A stretch of 64,000 nt of DNA from Planctomycetota bacterium (GCA_044222185.1 JBGANV010000007.1:96001-160000), one strand, 5' to 3'. Positions 39,381-49,800 are shown, counted from the stretch's first letter. The notes: generated by a model from the letters alone, not told the origin. Program-made: numbers and translations.

Positions 39381-40199
39381 TCAAACGATATGCGCGATGC
39401 GCAGGTCGGCGGGAACGACCGACGGCGGTGCGTCCGCGAGGAGGAGTCGGAAGCCCCGCCCGGTGACCCACCGCTCGAAGCGGCGCGCCCTCTGGAAGGC
39501 TGGATGTTCGCGCTCCATTCGGCGGAACTCGGGAGGGTGGACGAGGAGCCGCCCGCGACCGGGACGCGCCGGGATCACCCCGTGCAGCAGCTCGTGGTAC
39601 AGGAGGAACTCCAGGTACCAGGCGGGCACCAGGGCCGCATCGAGCGCGCGGTTGATGATGATCACGGGCCGGGGGTCCCCGCGCTCGAAGCGCCCGAGGA
39701 GGCGTCGTGTGGGCGTCACCGACCAGCCCACGTCGGCTTCGAACGGCCGCGAGAGCCGGGTCGCCGCGGCGAGGACGAGCGGAGTGAGGTCGTGGTGGCG
39801 GCCGGTCGGAGGAAGGAAGCGCGGCCGGCGGGTCGTCGGCGCCGCGTCCGATCCGAACCAGTCACGGATCTTCGTCGCCAACGCGCGGCGAAGCCGGACG
39901 GGGATCTGGCGGACGACGACGACCTGCACCAACGCCGCCGCGATCGGTTCGGGGGCCGTTCTGAACACCTCGTTGGCGGCCACGTCGACGGATCCGTCGG
40001 GGCGGTGCATAAAGCGGAACAGCTGGCGCCTTTGGCGGCGGTAGGTCACGCGAACGACCACGCCGGGGTAGAGCGCTGCCGCCGCCGACGCGATGGCGTC
40101 GGGGGCGTGGCCCGCGTGCGGCGCTCCTGCCCGCGGCGTTGCCGCCGCGAGCTCGTCAGGGAGCGCGTCCTCGCGAAACAGCGGCAGCTGGCGGGTCAT
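39381..40199 (-). CDS. SprT/M48-like zinc metalloprotease domain protein
   Basis: LLGRF..IIINRALD..VPAWYLEFLLYHELLH..HPPEFRRME. Confidence 0.75.
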   Translation of the reverse strand: MTRQLPLFREDALPDELAAATPRAGAPHAGHAPDAIASAAAALYPGVVVRVTYRRQRRQLFRFMHRPDGSVDVAANEVFRTAPEPIAAALVQVVVVRQIPVRLRRALATKIRDWFGSDAAPTTRRPRFLPPTGRHHDLTPLVLAAATRLSRPFEADVGWSVTPTRRLLGRFERGDPRPVIIINRALDAALVPAWYLEFLLYHELLHGVIPARPGRGRLLVHPPEFRRMEREHPAFQRARRFERWVTGRGFRLLLADAPPSVVPADLRIAHIV

Positions 40200-40205
40200 G
40201 CGCGA

Positions 40206-40259
40206 CGATCCTACCGCCTGCGCACCGATACCCCTGGCGCCACGTGCGCGGTAGGATCG
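40206..40259. promoter_or_regulatory. Symmetric divergent promoter region
   Basis: 12-bp perfect inverted repeat CGATCCTACCGC / GCGGTAGGATCG; each arm carries an outward-facing TAGGAT -10-like box. Confidence 0.5.
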
Positions 40260-40283
40260 GCGCCGAGCATCGGAGGACCCGTC

Positions 40284-40607
40284 ATGTCGCACAAACCCGT
40301 GATCAGCGTGAAGTGCCCGTGCTGCGGCGAAGTCCTCGAAGTCGACGTGGCGAAGGAGCGGGTCCTTTCCCACCGGCGCGGACCCCACCTGGCCGACGAC
40401 CGCCGCGCCGGCGAAGACGTCCTCGACGTGGCGATCCGCAACGCGCGAGCCGCCGAGGAGCGCCTCAAGACCGAGTTCCTCGCGGCCCAGGACAAGGTGA
40501 GGAACCAGTCGGACCATCTCGACAAGCTGTTCCGCGAGGCTCAGAAGAAGGTCCGCGAGACGCCGCCGGACCCGAACGATCCGGGGCACGGACCCAAATG
40601 GGATTGA
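40284..40607 (+). CDS. Conserved-looking hypothetical protein with CPCC motif and coiled coil
   Basis: VKCPCCGEVLEVD; GGAGG SD; ends ..PKWD. Confidence 0.75.
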   Translation: MSHKPVISVKCPCCGEVLEVDVAKERVLSHRRGPHLADDRRAGEDVLDVAIRNARAAEERLKTEFLAAQDKVRNQSDHLDKLFREAQKKVRETPPDPNDPGHGPKWD

Positions 40608-40696
40608 GTGGGTCTGGGTCCCCTCGGCGCCGCGCCCCGGCGGCTATTCCAACGGCACGCCGCTCCGGTTAACTTCCCGGCCGATTGAGCGCGACC

Positions 40697-40933
40697 ATGA
40701 CGACCGAACCAGCCATCAAGTACACGCAGACGTTCAAGAAGTACCGCGCCGAGTTCCGCGCCGAGGTCGTCCAGTTCGCGCGCGACTGGGCGAAGGGGCA
40801 GACGCTCCTCGCGAAGCACGAGGACGCGAGCATCTTCAAGGTCACGGGCACGAAGGAGCAGATCGACGGCCTGCTCGCCCAGATCAAAGAGAAGTTCAAC
40901 TGGGTTCCGCCGACGCCCGACGACTCGAAGTGA
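40697..40933 (+). CDS. Small hypothetical protein
   Basis: Strong GC3 codon bias and Lys-rich, protein-like composition; alternative TTG start at 40685. Confidence 0.7.
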   Translation: MTTEPAIKYTQTFKKYRAEFRAEVVQFARDWAKGQTLLAKHEDASIFKVTGTKEQIDGLLAQIKEKFNWVPPTPDDSK

Positions 40934-41038
40934 GCGGTGCGCAAGCCGCGGGGCTTCCGCCGTGCCGTCCTCGCCCCGTGCGCTGACCGTGACGGGGCGG
41001 TGCCGTCGTTCGACGCAGGATCTCGCCGGGAGCAGGCC

Positions 41039-42703
41039 ATGCGAATTCGCACCAGCGTCCTTCTCGTCGCTCTTCTCGCGCTGGTCGGGCGAGGGCTCGC
41101 CCAGTCGGATCCCGCCGTCGCGGCGATCGTCGAGCAGGGGCTGCGCCATTCGGAGGTGATGGAGCACCTCGATCACCTGACCAACCGGATCGGGCCGCGC
41201 CTCACCAGCTCCGATCGACTCACGCAGGCCTGCGAATGGGCCACGGACCGCTTCAAGTCCATGGGGCTCGACGCGCGGATGGAGGAGTGGGGCACCTTCC
41301 CCGTGGGGTTCAACCGGGGGCCGTGGTCGGGTCGGATGATCGCCCCCCGCGAGATGACGCTCGTCTGCGTGACGCCCGCGTGGAGCGCCGGCACCAAGGG
41401 GCGGCAGCGCGGTGACGCGGTCCTCGCGCCGACGACCCTCGACGATCTCGCGAAGCAGAAGGACCAGCTGAAGGGGCGCTGGGTGCTCGAGCCCGCGGAC
41501 GATTCGCGGAGCACGCGCGCGGGCGCGGACACGCGCCCGGCCGCGATCTCGAAGGACGTGCGCGACGCGCTCGATCGCGCCTACGACGAGATGCGCCCGC
41601 TCGGGATCATCCGATCCAGCGGGGCCGAGCTCGTCTGGGTGAGCGGCAACTGGCACGTCGACTGGGAGAAACTCCCCACTCGCACCGTGATCTCGGTCAT
41701 CGACGAGCAGTGGAAGGCCATGGCGAACGAACTCGTCGCCGGCCGACGGGTCGAGCTCGAGTTCGACATCCGGAACAACTTCAAGAAGGGGCCCATCCCG
41801 CTCTACGACGTCATCGCCGACCTGAAGGGCACGGAGAAGCCGGACGAGATGGTGATCGTCGGCGGTCACATCGACTCCTGGGACGGGGCCACCGGAACCA
41901 CGGACAACGGCACCGGCGCGTCGTCGACGATCGAGGCAGCGCGGATCCTCGCCGCCGCTGGCGTCAAGCCGCGGCGCACGATCCGCTTCATGTTGTGGAG
42001 CGGGGAAGAGCAGGGGCTTCTCGGTTCGGCGGCGTGGTGCAAGAAGCATCAGGCCGAGCTGGACAAGATCTCCGCCGTGTTCGTCCACGACGGCGGGACC
42101 AACTACGTCTCCGGTGTGGCGGGGACGAAATCACACCAGGCGGACTTCAAGGCGGTGTTCGCGCCCGCGTTGCAGCTCGAGCCCGAAATGCCGTTCGACG
42201 TTCGCGAGGTCGACGGCCTGTCCGGCGGCGGCAGCGACCACGGGTCGTTCCTCGCCATGGGTGTGCCGGGGTTCTACTGGGACCAGAAGGGCCGCGCGGT
42301 CTACCGCTACGGCTGGCACACGCAGAACGACACGTACGACATCGCGATCCCCGAGTATCAGCGTCACACGGCCACGGTGATTGCACTCGGCGCCTACGGC
42401 GTCGCCAACCTGGACCACCTGCTCAGTCGCGAGGGCCTGCGCAGCCCCCGCGGCGCCATCCCGACCTCACGCGTGCTCGGTGTGGAGTTCGAGAAGGACA
42501 CGCTCGTCGTCAGTCGAATCGAGGCGGACTCGGTCGCTGCCAAGGTCGGATTGAAGGTCGGCGACACGCTCCTCGAACTGGATGGCGTGAAGCTGAAGGA
42601 CCGCTTCGCGCTCCGCGCGACCCTGAATGGGGGCGAGCCGAACAAGACGCTGGTGCTCGAGCGCGGCGGTTCGCGCCTGACGATTCCGATCGCGTTCAAG
42701 TGA
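41039..42703 (+). CDS. M28 family peptidase (carboxypeptidase Q-like) with C-terminal PDZ domain
   Basis: Signal peptide; IGPRLTSS, GGHIDSWD, DNGTG, WSGEEQGLLGS, GSDHGSF, HTQND; PDZ LGVEF..AAKVGLKVGD. Confidence 0.92.
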   Translation: MRIRTSVLLVALLALVGRGLAQSDPAVAAIVEQGLRHSEVMEHLDHLTNRIGPRLTSSDRLTQACEWATDRFKSMGLDARMEEWGTFPVGFNRGPWSGRMIAPREMTLVCVTPAWSAGTKGRQRGDAVLAPTTLDDLAKQKDQLKGRWVLEPADDSRSTRAGADTRPAAISKDVRDALDRAYDEMRPLGIIRSSGAELVWVSGNWHVDWEKLPTRTVISVIDEQWKAMANELVAGRRVELEFDIRNNFKKGPIPLYDVIADLKGTEKPDEMVIVGGHIDSWDGATGTTDNGTGASSTIEAARILAAAGVKPRRTIRFMLWSGEEQGLLGSAAWCKKHQAELDKISAVFVHDGGTNYVSGVAGTKSHQADFKAVFAPALQLEPEMPFDVREVDGLSGGGSDHGSFLAMGVPGFYWDQKGRAVYRYGWHTQNDTYDIAIPEYQRHTATVIALGAYGVANLDHLLSREGLRSPRGAIPTSRVLGVEFEKDTLVVSRIEADSVAAKVGLKVGDTLLELDGVKLKDRFALRATLNGGEPNKTLVLERGGSRLTIPIAFK

Positions 42704-43527
42704 TGCGACGATCGAGGCGCCATCGCCGCCACGGTCGTTGGCTCGCGTGGTCGGCGGCGTTGGCGTGTCTGGCCGCCGGTTGCGGGGACGATGGACTTCC
42801 ATCGCCTCGTCGCGTTCCGAGTGCGATGGTCGTCGACGATCCATCGCACCGAGAGGCTGCGGAATGGCTCCGCTCCCAGCCGAACTTGCTCCACATCGTG
42901 CGCGCCGGTGAGCCCATGGCGGTGCCCGGGGCGGCGGGATGGGCGTTCGCGCTCAGTGTGCAGAACGGGCGGAAGATCCCCGTGATCGAGCTGAGCCACG
43001 AGGGTGCGCCCTGCGCCGTCGTGTGGAGCAAGCTGCGTTACGCCCCGACGAGTCCGCCCGGAGGAATCGCGTTGAGCTCGCCCGAGCCCGGACGGGTCCG
43101 GTTGTTCCTGCTCGATCCCACGCGCCTCATGCCGTTGACCGATGCGACGTATGCGCACGAGCGTTTCGACGGCGGCGAACGGCTCGTCACGGAGACGGAC
43201 ACGGACGCCGCCTGCATCGAGCTCGACGACGATCTCCCGCCGGGCCGCCACGAGACCACGTTCCCCGAGACGTTCGAGCGGGTGACGGAAATCACGCTGC
43301 TCTATCACCCGCGAACGGCATCGTTCGGTTTGATGTTCGTTCGGCCCAGCCGCGGTGAGGTGATCGTCGAGATCCCGAAGGAAGGGACCTTCCTCGAGGC
43401 CGACGGAGCCCATTGGCCCTATCGGATCCTCCGGCATCCGGCGTCGGGACTGCTCGTGGGCGACGGACTCGAGTATCGCACGTTCTTCATGGACGCCGCG
43501 GGGCGCGAGATCGTTGCCTGGGAGTGA
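42703..43527 (+). CDS. Putative lipoprotein
   Basis: WSAALACLAAG-C lipobox; TGATG overlap with the upstream peptidase. Confidence 0.65.
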   Translation: MRRSRRHRRHGRWLAWSAALACLAAGCGDDGLPSPRRVPSAMVVDDPSHREAAEWLRSQPNLLHIVRAGEPMAVPGAAGWAFALSVQNGRKIPVIELSHEGAPCAVVWSKLRYAPTSPPGGIALSSPEPGRVRLFLLDPTRLMPLTDATYAHERFDGGERLVTETDTDAACIELDDDLPPGRHETTFPETFERVTEITLLYHPRTASFGLMFVRPSRGEVIVEIPKEGTFLEADGAHWPYRILRHPASGLLVGDGLEYRTFFMDAAGREIVAWE

Positions 43528-43644
43528 GGCCCGCGGGCGAGCCGCGCGCGGCGTCGCGTCAGCAGGCAAGGTCGCGCGGCAGGCGTTTCGCTCGCGATTC
43601 ACGACAAGCAACGTCGTTTCGCGCTCGGATCAAGAAAGGCCGCC

Positions 43645-44259
43645 TCACGGCAGCCCCAGCGATGCAACCACGATGCGGCCGACGTAGGGCGCCGCGGCGG
43701 GAGTGAGCATCCCCGTCTTCGGCGCGACGAACGTGATCGTGACGTCCGCACGGCACGCGACGCCGAGCACCGCGCCCGTGTCGCCGTCGAGGCCGCTCGG
43801 GATGTCGACGGCGAGCTTGGGGCCACGGGCGGAGTTGAACGATGAGACCCAGAGCGAAGCGGAGCCGTCGAGGGGGCGAGTGAGGCCGGTGCCGAAGAGT
43901 GCATCGATCCACACGAGTCCGGCGAGCGCTTCGACGTCAGGCGGGGTGCCCGCTCGAATCTCGCGCCCGGCGTTTCGGAGGATGCGGAGCTGGAGCGCCG
44001 CATCCGGCGAACGATGTGGATCGGGTTCCGCGAGGAGGTGAACGATCGCCCGCGGCCCGAGGTGGCGCGCGCACGCGAGCCCATCGCCGCCGTTGTTGCC
44101 GGGGCCGCAGAGAACGACCCAACGCGGCCCCAGGGCGCGCGCTTCGTCAGCCACCGCCCGCGCCGCGTTCTCCATCAAGAGGAGCGACGGCATGCCGAGC
44201 CGAGTGACGGCGTCCACGTCGATCGCGCGGGCCTGGGCGACGGTGAGCGTGTGCGTCAC
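43645..44259 (-). CDS. nnrE: NAD(P)H-hydrate epimerase (YjeF_N)
   Basis: LMENAA, CGPGNNGGDG, DALFGTGL, AVDIPSG, ADVTITF. Confidence 0.93.
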   Translation of the reverse strand: MTHTLTVAQARAIDVDAVTRLGMPSLLLMENAARAVADEARALGPRWVVLCGPGNNGGDGLACARHLGPRAIVHLLAEPDPHRSPDAALQLRILRNAGREIRAGTPPDVEALAGLVWIDALFGTGLTRPLDGSASLWVSSFNSARGPKLAVDIPSGLDGDTGAVLGVACRADVTITFVAPKTGMLTPAAAPYVGRIVVASLGLP

Positions 44260-44263
44260 GGAC

Positions 44264-45052
44264 TCACTTGGAAGGCTTGGAGTCGGTCGCAGGGCGGGAG
44301 TCTGCCGCGGGACGGGAGGCGGGCTTCGCCACCGGCGCATCCTCGCCCTCGTCGTCATCCTCGTCGCCGCCGGCCGAAGTCTTGATCTGGATCATCACGC
44401 CAGGGAACTCCTTGGCGATGATCTTCTTCACCTCGGATATCGAGGAGCCTTCGGAGAGGAGTTCCGACACGCGGGCGCTGATCTTCTGAGGATCGACATG
44501 GCCCGGGTTCGGGCGGTCGTCATCATCCCCGGACGGCTCGTGCGCGGGCTTCGCCGCCGGGGCCTTGGACGTCTCGTGGGACTGGAGCTTCTCGACGATC
44601 GCTTTCAGCTTCTCGATCTCGGCCTTGGCCTCGGCGAGCTGCTCCTTCGTGGGCTTTCCCTCGAAGATCCTCGTCAAGCGCGCGAGGCACGCCTTCGGGT
44701 CGCCGTCCTCTCGGGGCGGGAAGGTCACCTTCAGCGGGACTTCCTTGCCGTCACGCAGGACGGTGACGTCCACCGTCGAGCCGAACTTCAACTGGTCGAG
44801 AACCCCGACGAGATCCCCGTCGGTCCCGACCTTCTTCCCGTTGACGGCGACGAGGACGTCCCCGGCCTTGATCCCCGCCTTCTCGGCCGGGCTACCCGCG
44901 CGCACGCCGTCGACGCGGAGGCCTTCGTCCGAATCCAACGCGACGGTGACGCCGAGACGTGGCCGGTCGGCGTCGTCCTGCGCGACGGCGATCAGCGACG
45001 AGGAGCAGAGGACCAGGGCCGTCAGGAGACACGCGGGCAGTTTCATGTTCAT
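44264..45052 (-). CDS. Secreted PDZ domain protein
   Basis: Signal peptide; RLGV..GSPAEKAGIKAGDVLVAVNG..VTVLRDG; disordered C-terminus. Confidence 0.8.
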   Translation of the reverse strand: MNMKLPACLLTALVLCSSSLIAVAQDDADRPRLGVTVALDSDEGLRVDGVRAGSPAEKAGIKAGDVLVAVNGKKVGTDGDLVGVLDQLKFGSTVDVTVLRDGKEVPLKVTFPPREDGDPKACLARLTRIFEGKPTKEQLAEAKAEIEKLKAIVEKLQSHETSKAPAAKPAHEPSGDDDDRPNPGHVDPQKISARVSELLSEGSSISEVKKIIAKEFPGVMIQIKTSAGGDEDDDEGEDAPVAKPASRPAADSRPATDSKPSK

Positions 45053-45175
45053 GAGAGGGTTCTCGCAGCCCTTCGCGGGCAGTTGATCGAGGTCGACGGG
45101 GCCCATGCGGTTCCCCGGGGGGCCCGACAGTTCCGAGTACGCTGGTACGACCGGTGAGGCGTCAGCCTCCGCAAC

Positions 45176-45571
45176 TCAGATGGATTCGGGCAGCGCGTCC
45201 GGAACTTGCGGCTCACGCAATAGAACCAGGATCGCGCCATGGGGGACGACGAGCAGCTTCTCTCCGTCGAATGCGATCTCCACGGCGGCCTTGCGGAAGA
45301 ACACGGCGTAATCGCCGAGTTCGGCCTGGAGCGGGAGGTAGCGGGGCTCGGTCTTCGGGCGCTTCCACGGCTCACTGTCATCATCGGGCGGCGTCGTTGG
45401 AGTGCCGGGCCCGAGGGCCACGATCGTCCCGCCCTGGACCGCTTCCTTGTCGACGGCCCCCGGCGGAAGGAACAGCCCGACGCTCGTGCGACTCTCGCCC
45501 GCATCGGGCCGCACCAGGACCCGATCTCCGACGATCACGATCTCCTTGTTTCCGCGCCGCATGGGTTTCAT
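45176..45571 (-). CDS. Stand-alone GroES-family co-chaperonin-like protein
   Basis: GDRVLVRP..RTSVGLFLP..GTIVALGPG..GDYAVF; no groEL adjacent. Confidence 0.85.
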   Translation of the reverse strand: MKPMRRGNKEIVIVGDRVLVRPDAGESRTSVGLFLPPGAVDKEAVQGGTIVALGPGTPTTPPDDDSEPWKRPKTEPRYLPLQAELGDYAVFFRKAAVEIAFDGEKLLVVPHGAILVLLREPQVPDALPESI

Positions 45572-45585
45572 TCGAGGCTCGGAGT

Positions 45586-46074
45586 CTACTTCCGCGATTC
45601 GGGCTGCGCACCCGAGAGGCGGCCGCGCTCGGCCGATGCCCACTCCGCGAGGCGGGCCTTGGCGGCCGGGTCCAGCTTCGCGGACGCGTGAAGGAGCGTG
45701 TAGGACGTGAGCGGCATTTCCCCTTCGTTGACCAACTCGACGACTTCCCCGAGCTTGTCGAGCTGACGCTTGGGCGCGTACTCGCCCCACTTGGAGAAGT
45801 TCAGGTGGCGCCGTCCCGAATCCACGTGGCGGATGATGAACCAGCTCACCGGCGCCACGTAGGTGTACCAGGGCCATGCCGTGTTGTTCGTGTGGCAGTC
45901 GTCGCACGAGCGCGCGAGAATCGCCGTGACGTCCGCCGGCACGGCCGTGGCGGCCTGGAGCGTCTTCGATGCGTCGACGCTCGGGTTCGTGCGCTTCGGG
46001 CCGAAGAACTGGATCGCGACGAGCAATACGAGTACGAGGACGCCGAGCCGTTTCAGGGCGCTGCGGATTGTCAT
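45586..46074 (-). CDS. Haem-binding domain (cytochrome c-type) protein
   Basis: SCDDCH, WPWY..VAPVSW, GRRHLNFSKW, GEMPLTSY..LH. Confidence 0.88.
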   Translation of the reverse strand: MTIRSALKRLGVLVLVLLVAIQFFGPKRTNPSVDASKTLQAATAVPADVTAILARSCDDCHTNNTAWPWYTYVAPVSWFIIRHVDSGRRHLNFSKWGEYAPKRQLDKLGEVVELVNEGEMPLTSYTLLHASAKLDPAAKARLAEWASAERGRLSGAQPESRK

Positions 46075-46134
46075 GGCGCGGCAAGTTTGGTGAGCCGGCG
46101 GCGGGCTCACAAGCCGGCGGCGCGCCGGCCCGCG

Positions 46135-49100
46135 TCAGAAGGTTTGAGAACAGGTATTGCCGGTCACGTCCTTCACCGTCAGCGTGAAGTAGAGGTCCTT
46201 CGAAGCCGGGATGAACCGCATGACGTGCGTGTGAACGGTCGCGGGCGCCGTCACGTTCTCGATCTCGTACATGCGGCAGGCAGGGATCACGCCATCGGGG
46301 CTCAAAGTGACGGTGCCGACCGTCGGTTCGTCCGTCCACCAGGAGACCGTGACGCGATCGAAGCCGGGTGCCGTAGGCTCGGCGTCGCGGTTCACGACGA
46401 GGCGCCGGACCTCGGGCATCCGGGCATCCGGTGGAACGTCGGGGATGGCGAACGTGTTCGTCGCAGCGTACAGCGAGTTGCGTAGCACGAAGTAGACGTA
46501 GCTTCGCATGTCCCGGCCCGTGAGTTCGGGGCGCAGTACGTTTCCGCCGAAGCCGCCACGGATCGCATTCGCGAGGTTGTCGTAGGCGACCTGCATGCCC
46601 TGGCTCGCCGTGTCGGCGAGGTACTGGGCCGCGTAGTCGTCGAAGTTCAGGATCGTTCCCAACCGCGTGTATCCCTGGGGGCCGTGCGTCGCGACGAATG
46701 ACGGCCGTGAGTTCATGGGGAACGCCGGCACCGTCCCGAGCCAGTGGATCGTCTCACCGTTGAGGAAGGTCAGACGGTCGTTCTGCTCGGGGTCGATGCT
46801 GGGTCGATTTCGCCGGATGAGGAGCGGCCCGGTCGAGCCCATGCCCGTCGTCAGGATCTGTGCGTCGTGGTCGTCGATCACGATGGCCCACGGGTAATGG
46901 CGCCCGAGATCGGGTTGGCATTGAACGCCGTTGCCGAGGGGGAACACGCCGCGGAAGTTCAGGAACTCACCGCTGAAGAGACCGTCAGCCGACATGCGCC
47001 AGATGAACGAGTTCCCGAGCCCGCCGACGAGAGGGACGAAGATGTCGTCGACCGGACCCACGAGCCCATGACGATCGACCTCGACCCACGTCCAGTCGTT
47101 GAGCGACGTCGTCTCGAGGAGGTGGCTTCGGACGATCTTCACGATGCCGGTGACGAGGTCGATCTCCTTGACGACCTTCGTGAGGTTCTCGGAGACGATG
47201 AGTCGCCCCTGGGAGTTCACGCGGACGCACTGCGGATAGTGGATCCAGTCGGCGACGGTCTGCGTCGCATTGCCACCCGGCACGTTCGGCGGGTACAGGA
47301 GCGGGTTGACGCTCGCCTCGGCGGGCGGGACGGGCCCGGCGAGCGAACCTCCCGCGAGCGTGACGACCGTGCCCGCGCCCGGGCCGTTCATGATGATCTT
47401 GCGGATGGCGCAGTTGTCGCGGTCCGAGACGATCATGTCGCCGTTGTCGTCGAAGATGAGGCTCGTCGGGCGATTGAACCGTGCTTGGGCGATGGGCCCG
47501 TCCACGTAGTGCTGCGACGACGTGGGTGAGCCCGCGAACGTGGTGATGTTGGGCTGGCCGTTTCCCGGGTTCACGAGCGCCGTGGTGGAACCCGTGAGAT
47601 CGATCTTCGCGATCCGGTCGTTCATCATGTCGGCGACGTAGATCACGTTGGGATCGCCGGGCGAAACGGCGAGGTCGTCGGCCACCGAGAAGGGCACCCC
47701 GTTGAAGTTGCCGATCACGTCCTTGTCCGCCGCGATGACCGTCGACATCGGGATCGACGCGTCCGTGAACAGGTAGGGCGGGCGGATCTGCAGTCCCGGC
47801 TGCGCGCGCCGGTTCACCATGCCGGCGAGCGTCGTCATCTGGCCGTCGCCCGCGATCTTGAAGAAGCGACCGCTGACGTCGATGCCGAGGAAGCCCGTCG
47901 TGACCGGGTTCGGAACGAACGACGAGAATGGGCTGACGGTGGCGCTGCCGCGCGTGCCGCACCACCAGTCGATGCGGTCGTTGTCGGGGGCGGCGGCTTC
48001 GCTCGACGTGGCACCGCGAGCGTAGTGCGGGTGCACGACGAGCTTGTCCCGATTCGGGTTCGTCGAGGAGAGCGAGCTCTTCACCCGGTAGAGACGGGGC
48101 TCGGGTTCGTAGAGCCCCGAGACGGCGTGGAGGATGGGGACCCCGAACCACATGCCCTCGCTTCGAAGCGAGAGCGCCTCCGCCGCCGAGGAGGGCGGAA
48201 CGGATGGGACGACCGGACAAGGGTGGCTCGGGATCGGTGCGAGCTCGCCCGTGTAGGTCAAGCGATCGATCCGCTGCGAGCTGAACACCTGCCGATAGGT
48301 CGGCCCGAAGGTCGGCACAACCTGCGCCTGGTCGACGCGAGGCGGGCTCGCCGTGTTCTCGACGCCGAACGGGATGACGCGCGTCTGAAGCCGGTTGACG
48401 AACGTGTCCGCATCCACGAGCTCGACGTTCAATGCATGCGTGCCGTCGGGCACCGTCGTGCTGTCCCAGCTGAACGTCGTCGACGGCGACAGCGGCGGGC
48501 TCACGACGACGTCGTCGATCCGGTATACGACCTTCAAATTGCCGGGCTGCGGAACGATGGCGACGCCACCCTTGTCGGCGGCGACGGAGCGGAATTGGAC
48601 CGTGCCCGCCACCGACTTCATGGGAAGCAGGAAGAGTGGGTCCACCGGGTTCTGCTGGGCGGCGCCGTTGATGGTCGGCAGGAGGAACCACTGCTCCTGT
48701 GCCTGGACCACGTCGCGTACGAGCAGCGAGAAACGGAACTTGCCGAGGCGCCCGGATGCGTCGCGCGAGATGAGGCTGACTTCGTACGTGCCCGCGCTCG
48801 ATCCGGTGGGGTATCCGGAGATGTATCCCACGCTCTGCGTCGTGCTCGGCATCCATTGGAGGCCCGGCGGGAGGCCGGCCGCGAGGACGCTGACGGGCCC
48901 GAAGCCGCCGGCGGACGGCGTGAGGTCGACGCGCATCACGACCTGAGGCGACCCTTCACGGACCTCGTACGTCGATCCGGGGGCGAAGTAGGTGCTCTGC
49001 GGCGCATTCGACGTGGCGCGCACGCGCAGGATCGGCCCGTGGAACGGTTGCCGCGGCTGGATCACGAACGTGACGTCGCGGTCAGCGGTCGCACCCGCCG

Positions 49101-49800
49101 TGTCCTGCGCGTGGAACCGAACCACGTGGGTACCGGCCTGTCCCAAGGTGGTCCACCAATGGAAGACGCGTGTGTCGGCGTTCAACGACTGGTTGTAGAG
49201 GAGCGGCGATGGCACTCCGTTCACGATCGACTGGGCGGTGATCGTGTTCAGGGCGTTGTTCGGGTTGTCGAGGATGACCGGGAACGCAACGACTTCACCT
49301 TCGATGGAGGAGACGTAGACCGGCGGCGAGACGAACTGTTGCGTCGCGACCGGCGGGTTGGCGGGGACGTTGATCGTCGCCGACGCGTTGTCGATGACCA
49401 CGGCGGATTGAGCGCGGTAGATCTCCCCGTGCGGCCCCTGCGCCTGGACGGAGAGGACGTGGGCGCCATTCGAGTAGGTGCTCGTGTTCAACGTTGCGCC
49501 GAAGGGTGCCAGCGCGTCGGTCGCGAACGGAACCCCGTCGATCCGGAACTCGGCGGAAGCGATGCGGATGCTGTTCCCGACGCAGACGCGGACGATGACG
49601 GCGTTGGCGACCTTCGCACCGTCGGCCGGTGTGGCGATGGCGATCCCGGCGAGCGGTGCCATTGCAGCCGACTGCCCGATTGCGGCATCGGCGAGGGCCA
49701 GTGCGGCGAGGAACGCGACGGGGATGAGAGTTGAGCGGAACGACAGGGGTGACGATGAATCAGCCCCGAGGACGCCTCGGGGGACGGCAACGAACTTCAT
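46135..49800 (-). CDS. Large secreted protein with Ig-like, NHL-repeat and FN3-like domains
   Basis: Signal peptide; Big-type ATPADGA..FRIDG..NGAHVLSV; AGLPPGL..ISGYPT; NHL YVADMMNDRI, ARFNRPTSL..SDRDNCAIRKI; VSWWTDEP. Start uncertain (ATG 49800 chosen). Confidence 0.75.
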   Translation of the reverse strand: MKFVAVPRGVLGADSSSPLSFRSTLIPVAFLAALALADAAIGQSAAMAPLAGIAIATPADGAKVANAVIVRVCVGNSIRIASAEFRIDGVPFATDALAPFGATLNTSTYSNGAHVLSVQAQGPHGEIYRAQSAVVIDNASATINVPANPPVATQQFVSPPVYVSSIEGEVVAFPVILDNPNNALNTITAQSIVNGVPSPLLYNQSLNADTRVFHWWTTLGQAGTHVVRFHAQDTAGATADRDVTFVIQPRQPFHGPILRVRATSNAPQSTYFAPGSTYEVREGSPQVVMRVDLTPSAGGFGPVSVLAAGLPPGLQWMPSTTQSVGYISGYPTGSSAGTYEVSLISRDASGRLGKFRFSLLVRDVVQAQEQWFLLPTINGAAQQNPVDPLFLLPMKSVAGTVQFRSVAADKGGVAIVPQPGNLKVVYRIDDVVVSPPLSPSTTFSWDSTTVPDGTHALNVELVDADTFVNRLQTRVIPFGVENTASPPRVDQAQVVPTFGPTYRQVFSSQRIDRLTYTGELAPIPSHPCPVVPSVPPSSAAEALSLRSEGMWFGVPILHAVSGLYEPEPRLYRVKSSLSSTNPNRDKLVVHPHYARGATSSEAAAPDNDRIDWWCGTRGSATVSPFSSFVPNPVTTGFLGIDVSGRFFKIAGDGQMTTLAGMVNRRAQPGLQIRPPYLFTDASIPMSTVIAADKDVIGNFNGVPFSVADDLAVSPGDPNVIYVADMMNDRIAKIDLTGSTTALVNPGNGQPNITTFAGSPTSSQHYVDGPIAQARFNRPTSLIFDDNGDMIVSDRDNCAIRKIIMNGPGAGTVVTLAGGSLAGPVPPAEASVNPLLYPPNVPGGNATQTVADWIHYPQCVRVNSQGRLIVSENLTKVVKEIDLVTGIVKIVRSHLLETTSLNDWTWVEVDRHGLVGPVDDIFVPLVGGLGNSFIWRMSADGLFSGEFLNFRGVFPLGNGVQCQPDLGRHYPWAIVIDDHDAQILTTGMGSTGPLLIRRNRPSIDPEQNDRLTFLNGETIHWLGTVPAFPMNSRPSFVATHGPQGYTRLGTILNFDDYAAQYLADTASQGMQVAYDNLANAIRGGFGGNVLRPELTGRDMRSYVYFVLRNSLYAATNTFAIPDVPPDARMPEVRRLVVNRDAEPTAPGFDRVTVSWWTDEPTVGTVTLSPDGVIPACRMYEIENVTAPATVHTHVMRFIPASKDLYFTLTVKDVTGNTCSQTF

